From a virus (taxonomy: Duplodnaviria > Caudoviricetes): 64,000 bases of DNA. Positions within the stretch are counted from its first letter, which is position 1, and every line of letters starts with the position of its first letter. The notes beneath the pieces are model-generated. The model did no database searches. It worked only from the letters and a program-made list of their open reading frames with translations, and was not told where the DNA came from. The stretch lies in IMG/VR virus record IMGVR_UViG_3300029705_000009; one strand, given 5' to 3'. Shown piece after piece: positions 7,659 to 17,983 of the stretch. The position numbers and the translations under genes are program-made.

Positions 7659-9224
7659 GTGCCGATGGGAAGACCTAAAGGCAGTAAAAACAAACCAAAG
7701 GTGACAGAAAGCGCACCTTCTACTACGAACACAAGTTCAAATACAGTTGGACAACATACTGCTATTGAAATGAAAGAATGGTATGAAAAAAACAAAGAAG
7801 AAACTCAGAATGCGTTCAAGCAAATTAGGGATGTTTCAAAAACAGCTCGACAGACAACGTTAAATTCTTATAGTAAGGATAATGTGGTTTCTTACTTGCA
7901 AAATATTTCTTCTAATGAAAACAATCTTAGAAATTTGTCAAGGTATTTGTTTTATAGATCACAAGTTTATTTTAGACTGGTTATGTATAATGCAACAATG
8001 TTTGATTTAAACGCTCGTACTGTTATACCGCAATATGATCCAACTAAAAACAACAATGCCAAATCCACATTGAAGTCATATTACGAAACATTGCAATGGT
8101 TGGAAAGAATGAATCATCAACATGAATTCTTACCAGTTTTAATCAACAATTTTATTGAAGATGCATTTTTCGGATGTTGTTGGATTGATGAGACTGGAAT
8201 GTTTATATTACAGTTACCACCGGAATATTGCAAAATCAGTGGAAAGTATTTTACTGGTGATTTCTCATATTCTGTAGACATGTCATATTATAAGAAATAT
8301 GAGTATTTAATTGATTATTTAGGAGAGCCTTTGTCTTCTATGTATAAAGCATATGGTGGAGATAATGCAAAGAAATGGCAACCGATGCCAGATGAATATG
8401 CTTTATGTACAAAATATAGATTAGAGTCATGGGAAACAGTTTGTCCACCTTACAGCGGATTGTTTATAGATTTAATAGGATTATTAAATTTAGCAGATGT
8501 TCAGGCTGTTGCAGACGAGCAGCAAATTTATAAAATTATAACTGCTGAAATCCCTAGATTGGATGGTTCTAAGACTCCTGATGACTGGGCAGTAGATGTT
8601 AGTACAGCATTAGCATATTATAAGAGATTGGAAGAATCATTGCCTGATTATGTTGGCAGTGTTATTACTCCTATTCCATTGGACGTATTATCGTTTTCAG
8701 ATGATCAAACAACTGATACAACTAAAATTCAAAAGGCAACTAACGAGGTATTAAATACATCTGGTGGTGCACAAATTTTAAATTCTAGTACTATCTCTGG
8801 AGCAGAGGCATTTAGATCAGCAACTCGTGCAGACACAGAATTGGCAATATCTAGTTTGCTAGGACAAATAAATGGTTGGACAAATCGTATGTTATCTTAT
8901 TTAGTGTCTGCTCCTGCAAAAGTAAAATTCTTTGAAGTGTCTGCATATACCAAAGATGCTTTTAAGGAGTCATTGCAAAAAGATTTGAATTATGGTTTCG
9001 TCAGCGTATTGGCAATTAATTCATTGAATGGATTTAGCGAGCTTGACACGTTAGCATTGAATTTCTTAGAAAAAGATGTGTTACAGCTCAATGAAAAGTT
9101 TGTTCCATTAAAAACTGCATCAACTCAATCTGGTGAAACTACTGAAAATGGAGCACCAAAGAAATCTGACACAGAGATTAGTGACGAAGGTTCTGAGACA
9201 AAAGACAAAGAAAAGAATATTTGA
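7659..9224 (+). CDS. Portal protein
   Basis: Follows TerL; ~520 aa; LRNLSRYLF motif; acidic C-terminal tail with GAPKK; AAGGAGGT RBS (start 7659 or 7665). Confidence 0.8.
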   Translation: MPMGRPKGSKNKPKVTESAPSTTNTSSNTVGQHTAIEMKEWYEKNKEETQNAFKQIRDVSKTARQTTLNSYSKDNVVSYLQNISSNENNLRNLSRYLFYRSQVYFRLVMYNATMFDLNARTVIPQYDPTKNNNAKSTLKSYYETLQWLERMNHQHEFLPVLINNFIEDAFFGCCWIDETGMFILQLPPEYCKISGKYFTGDFSYSVDMSYYKKYEYLIDYLGEPLSSMYKAYGGDNAKKWQPMPDEYALCTKYRLESWETVCPPYSGLFIDLIGLLNLADVQAVADEQQIYKIITAEIPRLDGSKTPDDWAVDVSTALAYYKRLEESLPDYVGSVITPIPLDVLSFSDDQTTDTTKIQKATNEVLNTSGGAQILNSSTISGAEAFRSATRADTELAISSLLGQINGWTNRMLSYLVSAPAKVKFFEVSAYTKDAFKESLQKDLNYGFVSVLAINSLNGFSELDTLALNFLEKDVLQLNEKFVPLKTASTQSGETTENGAPKKSDTEISDEGSETKDKEKNI

Positions 9225-9291
9225 TAACATATTGCACAAGGGAGATTGTACTACTCTCTTTTTTTATTGGAATAAAAAGGATGAAAAGGAT

Positions 9292-9486
9292 ATGAAAAAA
9301 ATAAATAGTAACAATCAAGCTATGTTTATTAAGACACAAGATATAAACACTTGTGAAGAATTAAAACGTGCTGGATTTGATTTAATTGATTATACAGATA
9401 ATACATGGACATTCATGAACAAACCGGACTGTACTTTAGTATTTGAAGATAACAAAATAGTGTATAGTAACAAGTTGTGTATCTAA
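9292..9486 (+). CDS. Small hypothetical protein (64 aa)
   Basis: ATG at 9292 after AAAAGGA; FIKTQD...L...GF..I...W.F.N pattern. Confidence 0.55.
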   Translation: MKKINSNNQAMFIKTQDINTCEELKRAGFDLIDYTDNTWTFMNKPDCTLVFEDNKIVYSNKLCI

Positions 9487-9509
9487 ATGTAAAAATTATG
9501 AGGTGAAAT

Positions 9510-10418
9510 ATGTTTAGTATAACCAAAGCGGGAAACGACATAACCACCAGAAAAATTCGGGAATTTATAGCCGATGAAATTACTGATTTAGATAAATTGC
9601 CACGGAAAAATTTTCGAGGAACACAAAATACAAATGAGAGTTATTTAAATGACCCAGTTTCTGCAGGATCAACCTGTTTTATTCTTTCTACATCTGAAAC
9701 ATACATGTTGGGAAATGATGATATGTGGTATTTAGTTAAAACAACAGGAGGTTCTAGCGGAATGAATGGAAAGAATTGCACTATACAAAGCATTGTAGAA
9801 ACTGAAGAAGGTAATTTGGTTACTTTTGAATGGACGAATAATGATGGTACGGTTGAGACTGCCACAATGATTGTTGAAGACGGTGTTGATGGCAAAGATG
9901 GTTCTACGGGAAATCCTGGCACAGCAGCCGGTTTTGGTACACCAACTGTAACAATTGATTCCAATGTTGGAACTCCTAGTGTTACTATTACCTCGTCTGG
10001 AAGTAATACTTCGAAAGTATTTAATTTTGCATTTAAGAATTTGAAGGGCGAACCTGGACAGACTGGTGCTAAGGGCGATACTGGACCGCAAGGTATTCAA
10101 GGTGTAAAGGGTGATGCTTTTACATATACAGATTTTACAGAGGCGCAATTGTTAGCTCTTAAAGGCGAAAAAGGTGACCAAGGCATACAAGGTGTCAAAG
10201 GAGACACTGGTGCGAAAGGTGATAAAGGTGATACCGGAGAAACCGGTTCAGCTGGAAAAGATGGGGTCAACGGAACCAATGGAAAAAATGGTGTTGATGG
10301 TAAGTCCATTACTGCTATTGAATTTGTAAAAGATTCGACCGGTGCAATTATAAGTGGAACTGCTACATTAAGTGATGATAGCACGTTACCAATTACTATT
10401 ACAATTGCAAGTACATAA
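9510..10418 (+). CDS. Collagen-like (Gly-X-Y) repeat protein, probable virion decoration/fibre
   Basis: Runs of GEPGQTGAKGDTGPQG... and GEKGDQG...; GAGGTG RBS. Confidence 0.75.
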   Translation: MFSITKAGNDITTRKIREFIADEITDLDKLPRKNFRGTQNTNESYLNDPVSAGSTCFILSTSETYMLGNDDMWYLVKTTGGSSGMNGKNCTIQSIVETEEGNLVTFEWTNNDGTVETATMIVEDGVDGKDGSTGNPGTAAGFGTPTVTIDSNVGTPSVTITSSGSNTSKVFNFAFKNLKGEPGQTGAKGDTGPQGIQGVKGDAFTYTDFTEAQLLALKGEKGDQGIQGVKGDTGAKGDKGDTGETGSAGKDGVNGTNGKNGVDGKSITAIEFVKDSTGAIISGTATLSDDSTLPITITIAST

Positions 10419-10433
10419 CACGTTAAATGATAT

Positions 10434-10463
10434 AAACTCTCCTCTTCTATCGAGGGGAGTTTT
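10434..10463 (+). terminator. Intrinsic terminator
   Basis: AAACTCTCCTC/GAGGGGAGTTT stem followed by T-rich tail. Confidence 0.5.
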
Positions 10464-10515
10464 ATTATATACAAATTTGTTTTGAATCATGGGGGAAAGG
10501 AGGAAAAACGGATAA

Positions 10516-12192
10516 ATGGTAAAACGTAAACTTATGACGATTGATGATTTGGTTAAATTTTGTAGAGAACAAAACTTTACTAAATTTAGTTCCAAAGAAT
10601 CTGGATATAAATTGGCCGTACAAGTGCCTACTACATTTGAAATTGATGAAAATGTAGATGATGCCCATCGCGGTATGCTCAAATTAAAATTTAGAATATT
10701 TCATACTGGTCTTAATAGGAATGGAAGTTTTGTTTCTGAAATTGCTGCTAAAGATGCAATGCCCACAATAAAGAATCGACCAATCCTAGCTGCAATTCAT
10801 CAATTGGATAATGGCGAGTGGGATTTTGAATCTCATAATTTTGAAATAGTAAAAAATGAAGAAACTGGCGAAGAGGAAATCGTTTATATTGAAAAGCAAG
10901 TTGGCTCATTTGATGAATCTGAACCTTTCTTTGAATATGATGAAAAATTAGATAAAACATATGTATGTGGATATGGATATATTTCAGAGGACTATACAAA
11001 AGCAGCTGATATTATTCGACGCAAGAATGGAACAAAGAATTCTTGTGAGTTAAGTATCGAAGAACTTTCATTTAATGCAAAAGAATCCTATCTTTCTTTA
11101 GACAAGTTCTATGTTGCAGCTTCAACTTTGTTGGGTTCCAAAAAAGATGGCACAGAAATAGGTGAAGGAATGCTTGGTAGCCGTGCAGATATAGCTGATT
11201 TTAGCGAACAAAATAATAGCATGTTATCTAGAGATGACAAACTTGTTGAAGTATTGGAAAAGTTAAATACTACTCTTTCCAATTTTCATATAGATAATAA
11301 CCAAGGAAAGGAGGAAACTGAAGTGGACAAAGAAATTTTCGAACAAGTTACAGAGGAAGTTACTGAGACAACAGAAGAAGTTGTTGAAACTACCGAAGAA
11401 GTTTTTGAGGAAGTTGCAGAAGTTGTAGAATCTACAGAAGAAGTTGTAGAAGAAACAACAGAAGAATCCACAGAGGAAGTTATTGTGACCGAAGAAGAAT
11501 CTGAGGAAACTACAGAAGAGACTCCTGAAGTGGTTGTTGAAGAAGAAGTTGTAGAGTCTGAAAGCGAACAGTTTGCAGAGAAAATGATTAAATCATATGA
11601 AATTTCTCACGATGACATTCGTTGGGCACTTTATAATTTATTGTCTGTTTATGAAGATGCTGATAATGAGTGGTATTACATTTGTGCAGTATATGACACT
11701 TATTTTGTATATGAAAACTGGAATGGTGATAAAATTTACGGCCAGACATATACAAAAGATGGTGACAATGTAGCATTCGATGGCGATAGATACAATTTAC
11801 ATAGAGAACTTTTAACAGATTCTGAGTATGCTGAATTATGTTCTATGAGATCCAACTATGAAGCGTTAGTACAGTTTAAAGAAGATACTGAAAATGCTCA
11901 ACTTCATGCACAGAGAGAAGCTATTCTTTATGATGCAAAATATTCTGTTCTTGCAGAAAAAGATGAGAACAATGAATACAAAAATGTTTCATTCGTAAAA
12001 TTAGTATCCGAAATGGACAACTACTCTCTCACTGATTTAGAGAAAGAGTTAAAATCTGTATTCGCAGATTATATCACCAATGGTGGGCAGTTTGCTCATG
12101 TAGATGAAATTAAGCCTACCGTTAGTAAAAAGACTTTTGCTACTTCTACTAGCAAGAAAACAAGTAGATACGGCAATTTATTCAACAAATAG
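10516..12192 (+). CDS. Prohead protease / scaffold fusion
   Basis: N-terminal HTGLNRNGS...NSCEL...STLLG protease-like domain; Glu/Thr/Val-rich linker; located between portal and capsid. Confidence 0.75.
   Translation: MVKRKLMTIDDLVKFCREQNFTKFSSKESGYKLAVQVPTTFEIDENVDDAHRGMLKLKFRIFHTGLNRNGSFVSEIAAKDAMPTIKNRPILAAIHQLDNGEWDFESHNFEIVKNEETGEEEIVYIEKQVGSFDESEPFFEYDEKLDKTYVCGYGYISEDYTKAADIIRRKNGTKNSCELSIEELSFNAKESYLSLDKFYVAASTLLGSKKDGTEIGEGMLGSRADIADFSEQNNSMLSRDDKLVEVLEKLNTTLSNFHIDNNQGKEETEVDKEIFEQVTEEVTETTEEVVETTEEVFEEVAEVVESTEEVVEETTEESTEEVIVTEEESEETTEETPEVVVEEEVVESESEQFAEKMIKSYEISHDDIRWALYNLLSVYEDADNEWYYICAVYDTYFVYENWNGDKIYGQTYTKDGDNVAFDGDRYNLHRELLTDSEYAELCSMRSNYEALVQFKEDTENAQLHAQREAILYDAKYSVLAEKDENNEYKNVSFVKLVSEMDNYSLTDLEKELKSVFADYITNGGQFAHVDEIKPTVSKKTFATSTSKKTSRYGNLFNK
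11323..11580 (+). repeat. Degenerate EEVVETT-type acidic tandem repeats
   Basis: Imperfect GAAGAAGTT...GAAAC repeats encoding TEEVTETTEEVVETTEEV... Confidence 0.7.
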
Positions 12193-12208
12193 GAACAAAT
12201 GTTATCGG

Positions 12209-12236
12209 AAGAACATCATGCCAGATGTTCTTTTTT
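12209..12236 (+). terminator. Intrinsic terminator
   Basis: AAGAACATC/GATGTTCTT stem followed by T run. Confidence 0.55.
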
Positions 12237-12267
12237 AATGTAAAAAATGAAAATGGAGGAAAAAATA

Positions 12268-12753
12268 ATGGCTATTAGATTTAATATTGAAAAGCATCAT
12301 GTTTGTTTCCCTACAAAAGTTCTTTCTGGACAGGTAGGTAGAACATTAAACATGGTAATCAAAGAAGATACTGACAATGGTACTGTTGTAGGTAAAGGCG
12401 CATATGTAAGCTTTGATCAGTACGAGACAGCAGAAGTTCCCGCAACATTTGAGGGCGAAATTCTGGAACAGGCTGCTAACGGCAATTGGTATGTAGAGGT
12501 TAAGAAGGTTGACGTTAATGAGCCTGCAATTCTGATTTATGAAGTTCCCGTAATTGCTGAACAGAATTATGATTCTAGATTTAAGGCAATTTCTAACTTC
12601 TTCAATGAGGCTAGTGCTACAAGAACAAGAACTGTTAGAGGTTATGTTCTGAATGTAACTGATGTTTATGAATTAAGCGAAGACGCTTTTGAAGGCACAC
12701 CTGAAGCTGGTAAGAAAGTTACCATTTCTGGTCAGATGCACGTAGTTGCGTAA
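12268..12753 (+). CDS. Putative head decoration / minor capsid protein
   Basis: Lies between protease and major capsid; start MAIRF after GGAGG. Confidence 0.55.
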   Translation: MAIRFNIEKHHVCFPTKVLSGQVGRTLNMVIKEDTDNGTVVGKGAYVSFDQYETAEVPATFEGEILEQAANGNWYVEVKKVDVNEPAILIYEVPVIAEQNYDSRFKAISNFFNEASATRTRTVRGYVLNVTDVYELSEDAFEGTPEAGKKVTISGQMHVVA

Positions 12754-12777
12754 TATTAAAGAAGGAGGAAAGTTATA

Positions 12778-13887
12778 ATGGGAAAGATGCATTTTAGTAA
12801 TAGAGTAATGGATGTATTCTCTGCTATGGGAACATCTTATGATGAAGTTAAGAATCTCATGTTCGACCTTTATAAGGGTGAACTGAGCGATGGCATTACA
12901 AAGGCTGAAGCTGAAAACAAAATTAGAGAAGTATCCTTAAAGATTTTTGGTTTAACCAAAGATTCTTCTAAGAGAGATCGTAAAAGAGCATATGAGGAGC
13001 ACGGTCGTCAGTTCTTTGATGTAATCGAGGAGATTACTGATTGGACAGTATCTACTGGTCTGAAGGAAAATGAGTGGTTTAACGTACTTGTAAATTATAG
13101 AAATCTGGCTGATGGTGATGAGAATCTGTTCTACAATGAGCATGAAGAAGTTATCCTTTCTGTAGCTAGAATGGGTAAGAGACATCATGATACCATGCTG
13201 CAGAGATTGCCTGAGGGTTCAACCTATTCTGTTGAGACCGATCTGTATGGTGCTGCTGTAGGTGCTGACATCGACAGATATCTGCTTGGTCACGAGGATT
13301 GGACAAAGCTGATCGATGCAATTACCAAGGCGTTTATTGTTAAGGTACAGGATCTGATTTTTGCAGAAATTCTTGCTGCTCCTGCAAAGCTGCCCGTTCA
13401 GACTGGTTTCGTTGAGGCAGGTGCTCTGGCAGAAGTAACCAGAAAGAAATTCAATAAGGTTCTTCAGAACGTATCTGTAGCAAATGATAATGCAGATGTT
13501 ATTATCATGGGTACCATGGTAGGTCTTCAGGAACTTGAAAATCTGGTTAAGGTAGATTGGATTGCAGCTTCTCAGAAGGAATCTGTGGCATCTATGGGTA
13601 GACTTGGTAACTACGGTCGTTATCAGCTTGTTGAAATCCCTCAGAGATTTGCAAAGAATGACGTTACCAAGGATATGTACGATGATAACGTTCTTTGGAT
13701 TTTTGCTGCTGGAGATGACAAGCTTGTTGACATGATCGACGTTGGTGAAACTCTGATTGATGAAATTACCGAGCGTGGCGAAGCTAATGGTCGTATTGAT
13801 GACATCATGAAGTATGAAGTTCAGAGAGAACTTGGTGTAGCTACTCGTATCGGACGTTACTTCGGCATGTGGACTATTACTGCGTAA
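12778..13887 (+). CDS. Major capsid protein
   Basis: 369 aa; position in head module; high-expression codon bias; C-terminal ELGVAT.IG.YFG.W strand pattern. Confidence 0.8.
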   Translation: MGKMHFSNRVMDVFSAMGTSYDEVKNLMFDLYKGELSDGITKAEAENKIREVSLKIFGLTKDSSKRDRKRAYEEHGRQFFDVIEEITDWTVSTGLKENEWFNVLVNYRNLADGDENLFYNEHEEVILSVARMGKRHHDTMLQRLPEGSTYSVETDLYGAAVGADIDRYLLGHEDWTKLIDAITKAFIVKVQDLIFAEILAAPAKLPVQTGFVEAGALAEVTRKKFNKVLQNVSVANDNADVIIMGTMVGLQELENLVKVDWIAASQKESVASMGRLGNYGRYQLVEIPQRFAKNDVTKDMYDDNVLWIFAAGDDKLVDMIDVGETLIDEITERGEANGRIDDIMKYEVQRELGVATRIGRYFGMWTITA

Positions 13888-13916
13888 TTTATAGAAACAA
13901 ATATATAAACATAACA

Positions 13917-13947
13917 AGGAGAGCATGAATGTGCTCTCCTGTTATTT
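13917..13947 (+). terminator. Terminator after capsid gene
   Basis: AGGAGAGCA/TGCTCTCCT stem, extendable to ATAAC/GTTAT. Confidence 0.55.
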
Positions 13948-13968
13948 ATTGAGCAAAAGGAGAATTGT

Positions 13969-14550
13969 ATGGCAACAACTACTACAAAAAAGACTACAAC
14001 TGCACCTAAAAAGGTAGAAGTAGCAACTGAAGAAATTGTTGAAAAAGATATTGTAATGGAAGAAAAAGTTACTCCAGTAAAAGAAAAGAAGGTATTTACA
14101 GATTCTGATTATATTTTGTGTCGGTCTGTATGGTCTGGTGGTTTAAATGTAATTTCTCAGTCTGGTAATTTATACGAATTTGCAGATTATGGTTCAGAGT
14201 GTGAAATCAATCATAGAGATTTAATCACAATGATTAGACGAGGCTCAGAACATGTTTTTATGCCTAGATTTGTAATTCTTGATGAAGACTTTTTACAGGA
14301 TTTCCCGACAGTTCAGAGAGTATATGGAACGATGTATACCATGAATGATTTAAATGAAATTCTTGAATTGCCTGTATCTAGAATGAAGACCGAGATTATG
14401 AAACTGCCGAAATCTACTAAAGATAGTATGCGTAACTTGATTGCAACACAGATTGCAAATGGAAAGATTGATAGTATTTCTAAAGTTAGAGCACTTACAG
14501 AACTTTTTGATTCTGATTTTAATCTTCTTAGTGATTTATTTGTTAAGTAG
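13969..14550 (+). CDS. Hypothetical head-associated protein
   Basis: ORF with RBS, directly after MCP. Confidence 0.55.
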   Translation: MATTTTKKTTTAPKKVEVATEEIVEKDIVMEEKVTPVKEKKVFTDSDYILCRSVWSGGLNVISQSGNLYEFADYGSECEINHRDLITMIRRGSEHVFMPRFVILDEDFLQDFPTVQRVYGTMYTMNDLNEILELPVSRMKTEIMKLPKSTKDSMRNLIATQIANGKIDSISKVRALTELFDSDFNLLSDLFVK

Positions 14551-14564
14551 TTCGGAGGTGTATT

Positions 14565-15011
14565 ATGACCTACGAAGAAATATATTCTCAGTTTTATACT
14601 AAAATTGCAGACCCTACTTTTTTTAATAAATACACACAAGATGAAGCTTATGAATTGATGAGGGATTGGTTACATAGTATTGTTGGAATTCCCTATGTTC
14701 GTAAATGTTTCTCTTCTATTGCACTTGATGATGAAATATTAGAACTGACTTATAGTTTAGTAAATTCGATTGATGAAAATTCTGATGATTATTTTGTAAA
14801 AGATGTCTTTTCTCAGGGTCTTGTGATTTGTTGGATGCAACAGCAAGTTGACAAAATTGTAAATCTTGCTACCGTTATTGGAGGCAAAGACGAGAAAACA
14901 CTTCTTAATAATTATAAAAATAATATGGCTAGATTAGAAGAATTAAAAACTCAATTTAGAAAAACAATTCGTGATCATGGCTATATTTATAATGACTATG
15001 TAGGTGAATAA
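14565..15011 (+). CDS. Putative head-tail adaptor
   Basis: MTYEEIYSQFYTKI.D N-terminus; helical; connector position. Confidence 0.55.
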   Translation: MTYEEIYSQFYTKIADPTFFNKYTQDEAYELMRDWLHSIVGIPYVRKCFSSIALDDEILELTYSLVNSIDENSDDYFVKDVFSQGLVICWMQQQVDKIVNLATVIGGKDEKTLLNNYKNNMARLEELKTQFRKTIRDHGYIYNDYVGE

Positions 15012-15013
15012 TT

Positions 15014-15346
15014 ATGAAGCATCTATATGGAGAATTTTCAGAAAATCAAATTGCACAAACTGCACAATCATTAAGGCGTTCTATTTTTTTCTTATTATTA
15101 TGCGTCGATCCAAAGACATCCTGGGAATATCCGGATGTTAATGTAAACAAATGTTTTAATGGTTTGTTATATAGGATTGGCGGTTTAAATAAGCTCTTAC
15201 TTGAAAGAATAGAGGTTGTTACAACTATGAGTCTTCTGCAAGCTGCATTAACGGAATTCAATAAACCTAATTTTGATTTTGGAGTTTATAGAAAGTTAAT
15301 TCTTGATGCGGGAGCAGAAATTGAAAAACTTCGAGAGGAGGAATAA
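15014..15346 (+). CDS. Hypothetical connector-region protein
   Basis: ORF tightly coupled within the head-tail module. Confidence 0.5.
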   Translation: MKHLYGEFSENQIAQTAQSLRRSIFFLLLCVDPKTSWEYPDVNVNKCFNGLLYRIGGLNKLLLERIEVVTTMSLLQAALTEFNKPNFDFGVYRKLILDAGAEIEKLREEE

Positions 15347-15348
15347 TT

Positions 15349-16467
15349 ATGCCTACTTTTGAAGCTATGAAAAGAAAATACTCTCCTACTACAGTTGGAG
15401 AGCAAATAAAAGATATGGCTAATATGGTTATGGATGAGACTTTTTCAAATACAACAACCTATCGTAATGGTATGATTTATGATTGTAATATGAACGAAAT
15501 TAAAAATATGGAGTTCAGATTTATCAAAACAAAAACGTATACCATTGAAAAGGATCAGGTTGAGTATTGGGTACAGTTTAGACCAGGTGTGAATCCAGAA
15601 ATAGAATTTGACACTTCTAAGGATCAAAAACATAGACTTGGATATTACATTGACATATTAGATGATAATACAAAACTTTATGAGAAATGGCTTATTATTG
15701 GAAAAGACGTAAGCGAATTTGACAGATATAATGTTTTGAAATGTAATTGGTTGTTTGAGTGGCTTGATGAGAATCGAGTTTATAGAAAATGTTTAGGATG
15801 TGTAAGAGATCGTAATTCTTACAACAGTGGCGTATGGTCAGATGGATTCACTACTAGTGTAGAAAATCAGACTGCATTTATTGTTCCTACGAATGATATA
15901 ACAATGGCTATTGATTATGGCCAGAGGTTTATGATTACTGACAACACTATACATCCAAAAACATATGAAGTAACAAAAATGATGGACACCTTCCCGTTAG
16001 GTGTTACAAAAGTTATACTTAAACAATGTCATTACAATGAACATATTGATTTATGTGGTCCGGATGAAAATTTCTTTGGAGATGAAAATATTCATATGAT
16101 TTGTAATTATTTTCAGTCTAGTATTAGACCTTCTCCAAATAAACTTATCTCTCCTATTTCATGGACTTTATCAGAAGTTAATGACAAACTTTATGTTCAT
16201 GGACAGCCTCAAGTTATAAATGCTATTCCAAACGAGTATATAGAAACTGCAGAGCATTGTGAGTGGCACCTTTTTATTGATAATGAGGACTACACTAATA
16301 AGCTTGAGGAATTGGTTAATTACTTGGATCTTTCTCTTGATCAAGAAAACAACACTCTTACTATTGCTGCAATTAATAAGGATTTGGCAAATTATATTAT
16401 CTCAATTAAGATATATGATGAAGCTAGGTCTTATTTTGATTTTGTTGAAATGGAGGTATGTATTTAA
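15349..16467 (+). CDS. Putative head-closure/stopper protein with C-terminal Ig-like region
   Basis: LGYYIDI..W LII...KCNW pattern; synteny. Confidence 0.5.
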   Translation: MPTFEAMKRKYSPTTVGEQIKDMANMVMDETFSNTTTYRNGMIYDCNMNEIKNMEFRFIKTKTYTIEKDQVEYWVQFRPGVNPEIEFDTSKDQKHRLGYYIDILDDNTKLYEKWLIIGKDVSEFDRYNVLKCNWLFEWLDENRVYRKCLGCVRDRNSYNSGVWSDGFTTSVENQTAFIVPTNDITMAIDYGQRFMITDNTIHPKTYEVTKMMDTFPLGVTKVILKQCHYNEHIDLCGPDENFFGDENIHMICNYFQSSIRPSPNKLISPISWTLSEVNDKLYVHGQPQVINAIPNEYIETAEHCEWHLFIDNEDYTNKLEELVNYLDLSLDQENNTLTIAAINKDLANYIISIKIYDEARSYFDFVEMEVCI

Positions 16468-17105
16468 TGGCAATTATAGCAAAACAAAAAGAGCCTAAAT
16501 TGTCTCAAAACATGCAGGACGTTATCAACAAGAGTCACAGAGATGGTAATGGTGATTGTTACGATGACAATGAAAGATATAAGTATAAAATCATGAAAAT
16601 GTTAACTGAGAATCAGGATGTTTTATGGGCTTTACATAATGCTGAATTGGAAGAAAAATTCGCATTCAAAGATGACGAAGGTAATACAAAGTTAAATGGA
16701 GACGCTTACAGAAATGTAAGTGTTTTTAATTTTCTGAAGATTCCAGATATTCAAAGTAGGGTTAGAAACTATATTTGTTTTGAAGTTAATGACATTGAGC
16801 AACCACGCTATAATGATGCTTTAATTATAAAAAACATTATTTTTAGAACTGTTTCTCATGATGATGATTATAAAACTGATTGGGGAATGTCAAGACAAGA
16901 TTTGCTTGCATTGATTATTCAATCAGAATTTGACTGGACTAATGCTTTTGGAATGCATATTGAAAAGATATCTGACAAAGGCAGAATTGCAGAAAATGGT
17001 TATTATTACAGAGAATTCGTTTATGAAACAACTGTAGCAAATAACTTAGTAAATAAAATAAAAAATGGTGGAATGAGGGAAGATTATGGAGCATTTAGAA
17101 AATAA
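16467..17105 (+). CDS. Putative tail completion/terminator protein
   Basis: YICFEV...RQDLLA motifs; connector position; ATG overlaps previous stop. Confidence 0.45.
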   Translation: MAIIAKQKEPKLSQNMQDVINKSHRDGNGDCYDDNERYKYKIMKMLTENQDVLWALHNAELEEKFAFKDDEGNTKLNGDAYRNVSVFNFLKIPDIQSRVRNYICFEVNDIEQPRYNDALIIKNIIFRTVSHDDDYKTDWGMSRQDLLALIIQSEFDWTNAFGMHIEKISDKGRIAENGYYYREFVYETTVANNLVNKIKNGGMREDYGAFRK

Positions 17106-17904
17106 TGTGAAAATAGAAAATCCCAATCAAATCCACAAAGAAAAATATGAATTCGATAGATTAAAAATGTATTTTGGCGAACCATATACTGTTAAATGTG
17201 ACATAGGAGAAATTCGAATTTTACAGCCAACCATTGGAGATATTTTAATGTTTGGAGAAAAGGAATTTTATTCTATGCTTAATATTTTCGTAGCAAATCC
17301 TACATCATATAGATTGCAGTTATGGGATATGGGTGTTGATTGGAACAAAATTTCTGATTATGAACTTTTTTGTATGCTCATTAGAGGTTTGAATAAACAG
17401 TCTACTGTTCTTCTGTTTGGAGATTTAGATTTTCAAACTTTTGGTTTATACAATAAAAAAATAGGAGAATCAGAATCAATAACATTATATAGCCAAGAAT
17501 ACGATATTGAATTATCAGAAGACACATACAAATGTATTGCAGAATATTTGCGTATGATGTTTAACATATATCCCAAAGTTGAAAAGGCTAAGGGAAAAGC
17601 TACTAAAGAAGCCATAATTGATGAAGATCGCATGAATCTAGAAATAGAAATGAGAAAAAATAAAAAAGGATCTAAATCAATGTTATTGCCTTTGGTGTCA
17701 TCATGTATCAATCATCCGGGATTTAAATACAAATTGAATGAACTTAGAGAAATGGGTGTTGTTCAATTTATGGATAGTGTTCAGAGATTGCAAGTATATG
17801 AAAGTACTGTTGCTCTGAATTCTGGAATGTATTCTGGGATGTGTGATTTATCTAAAGTAGACAAGAAATTGTTTAACTTTATGAGAGATATAGATGAAAG
17901 TTAA
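17086..17904 (+). CDS. Conserved tail-region protein (YomV-like position)
   Basis: I.QPTIGDI ... SGMYSG motifs; directly before tail tube. Confidence 0.5.
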   Translation: MEHLENNVKIENPNQIHKEKYEFDRLKMYFGEPYTVKCDIGEIRILQPTIGDILMFGEKEFYSMLNIFVANPTSYRLQLWDMGVDWNKISDYELFCMLIRGLNKQSTVLLFGDLDFQTFGLYNKKIGESESITLYSQEYDIELSEDTYKCIAEYLRMMFNIYPKVEKAKGKATKEAIIDEDRMNLEIEMRKNKKGSKSMLLPLVSSCINHPGFKYKLNELREMGVVQFMDSVQRLQVYESTVALNSGMYSGMCDLSKVDKKLFNFMRDIDES

Positions 17905-17983
17905 AAAGTTAATAAACACATTAATCAAGAAGAGTGAAAAACCACTCTTCTATTTTTATGTAATTTGAAAGGAGAATAAACAA

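Noticed and set aside
11323-11580. Possible CRISPR-like or non-coding repeat array
   Set aside because: Degenerate in-frame coding repeats with no repeat-spacer structure. No CRISPR array was seen anywhere in the window.
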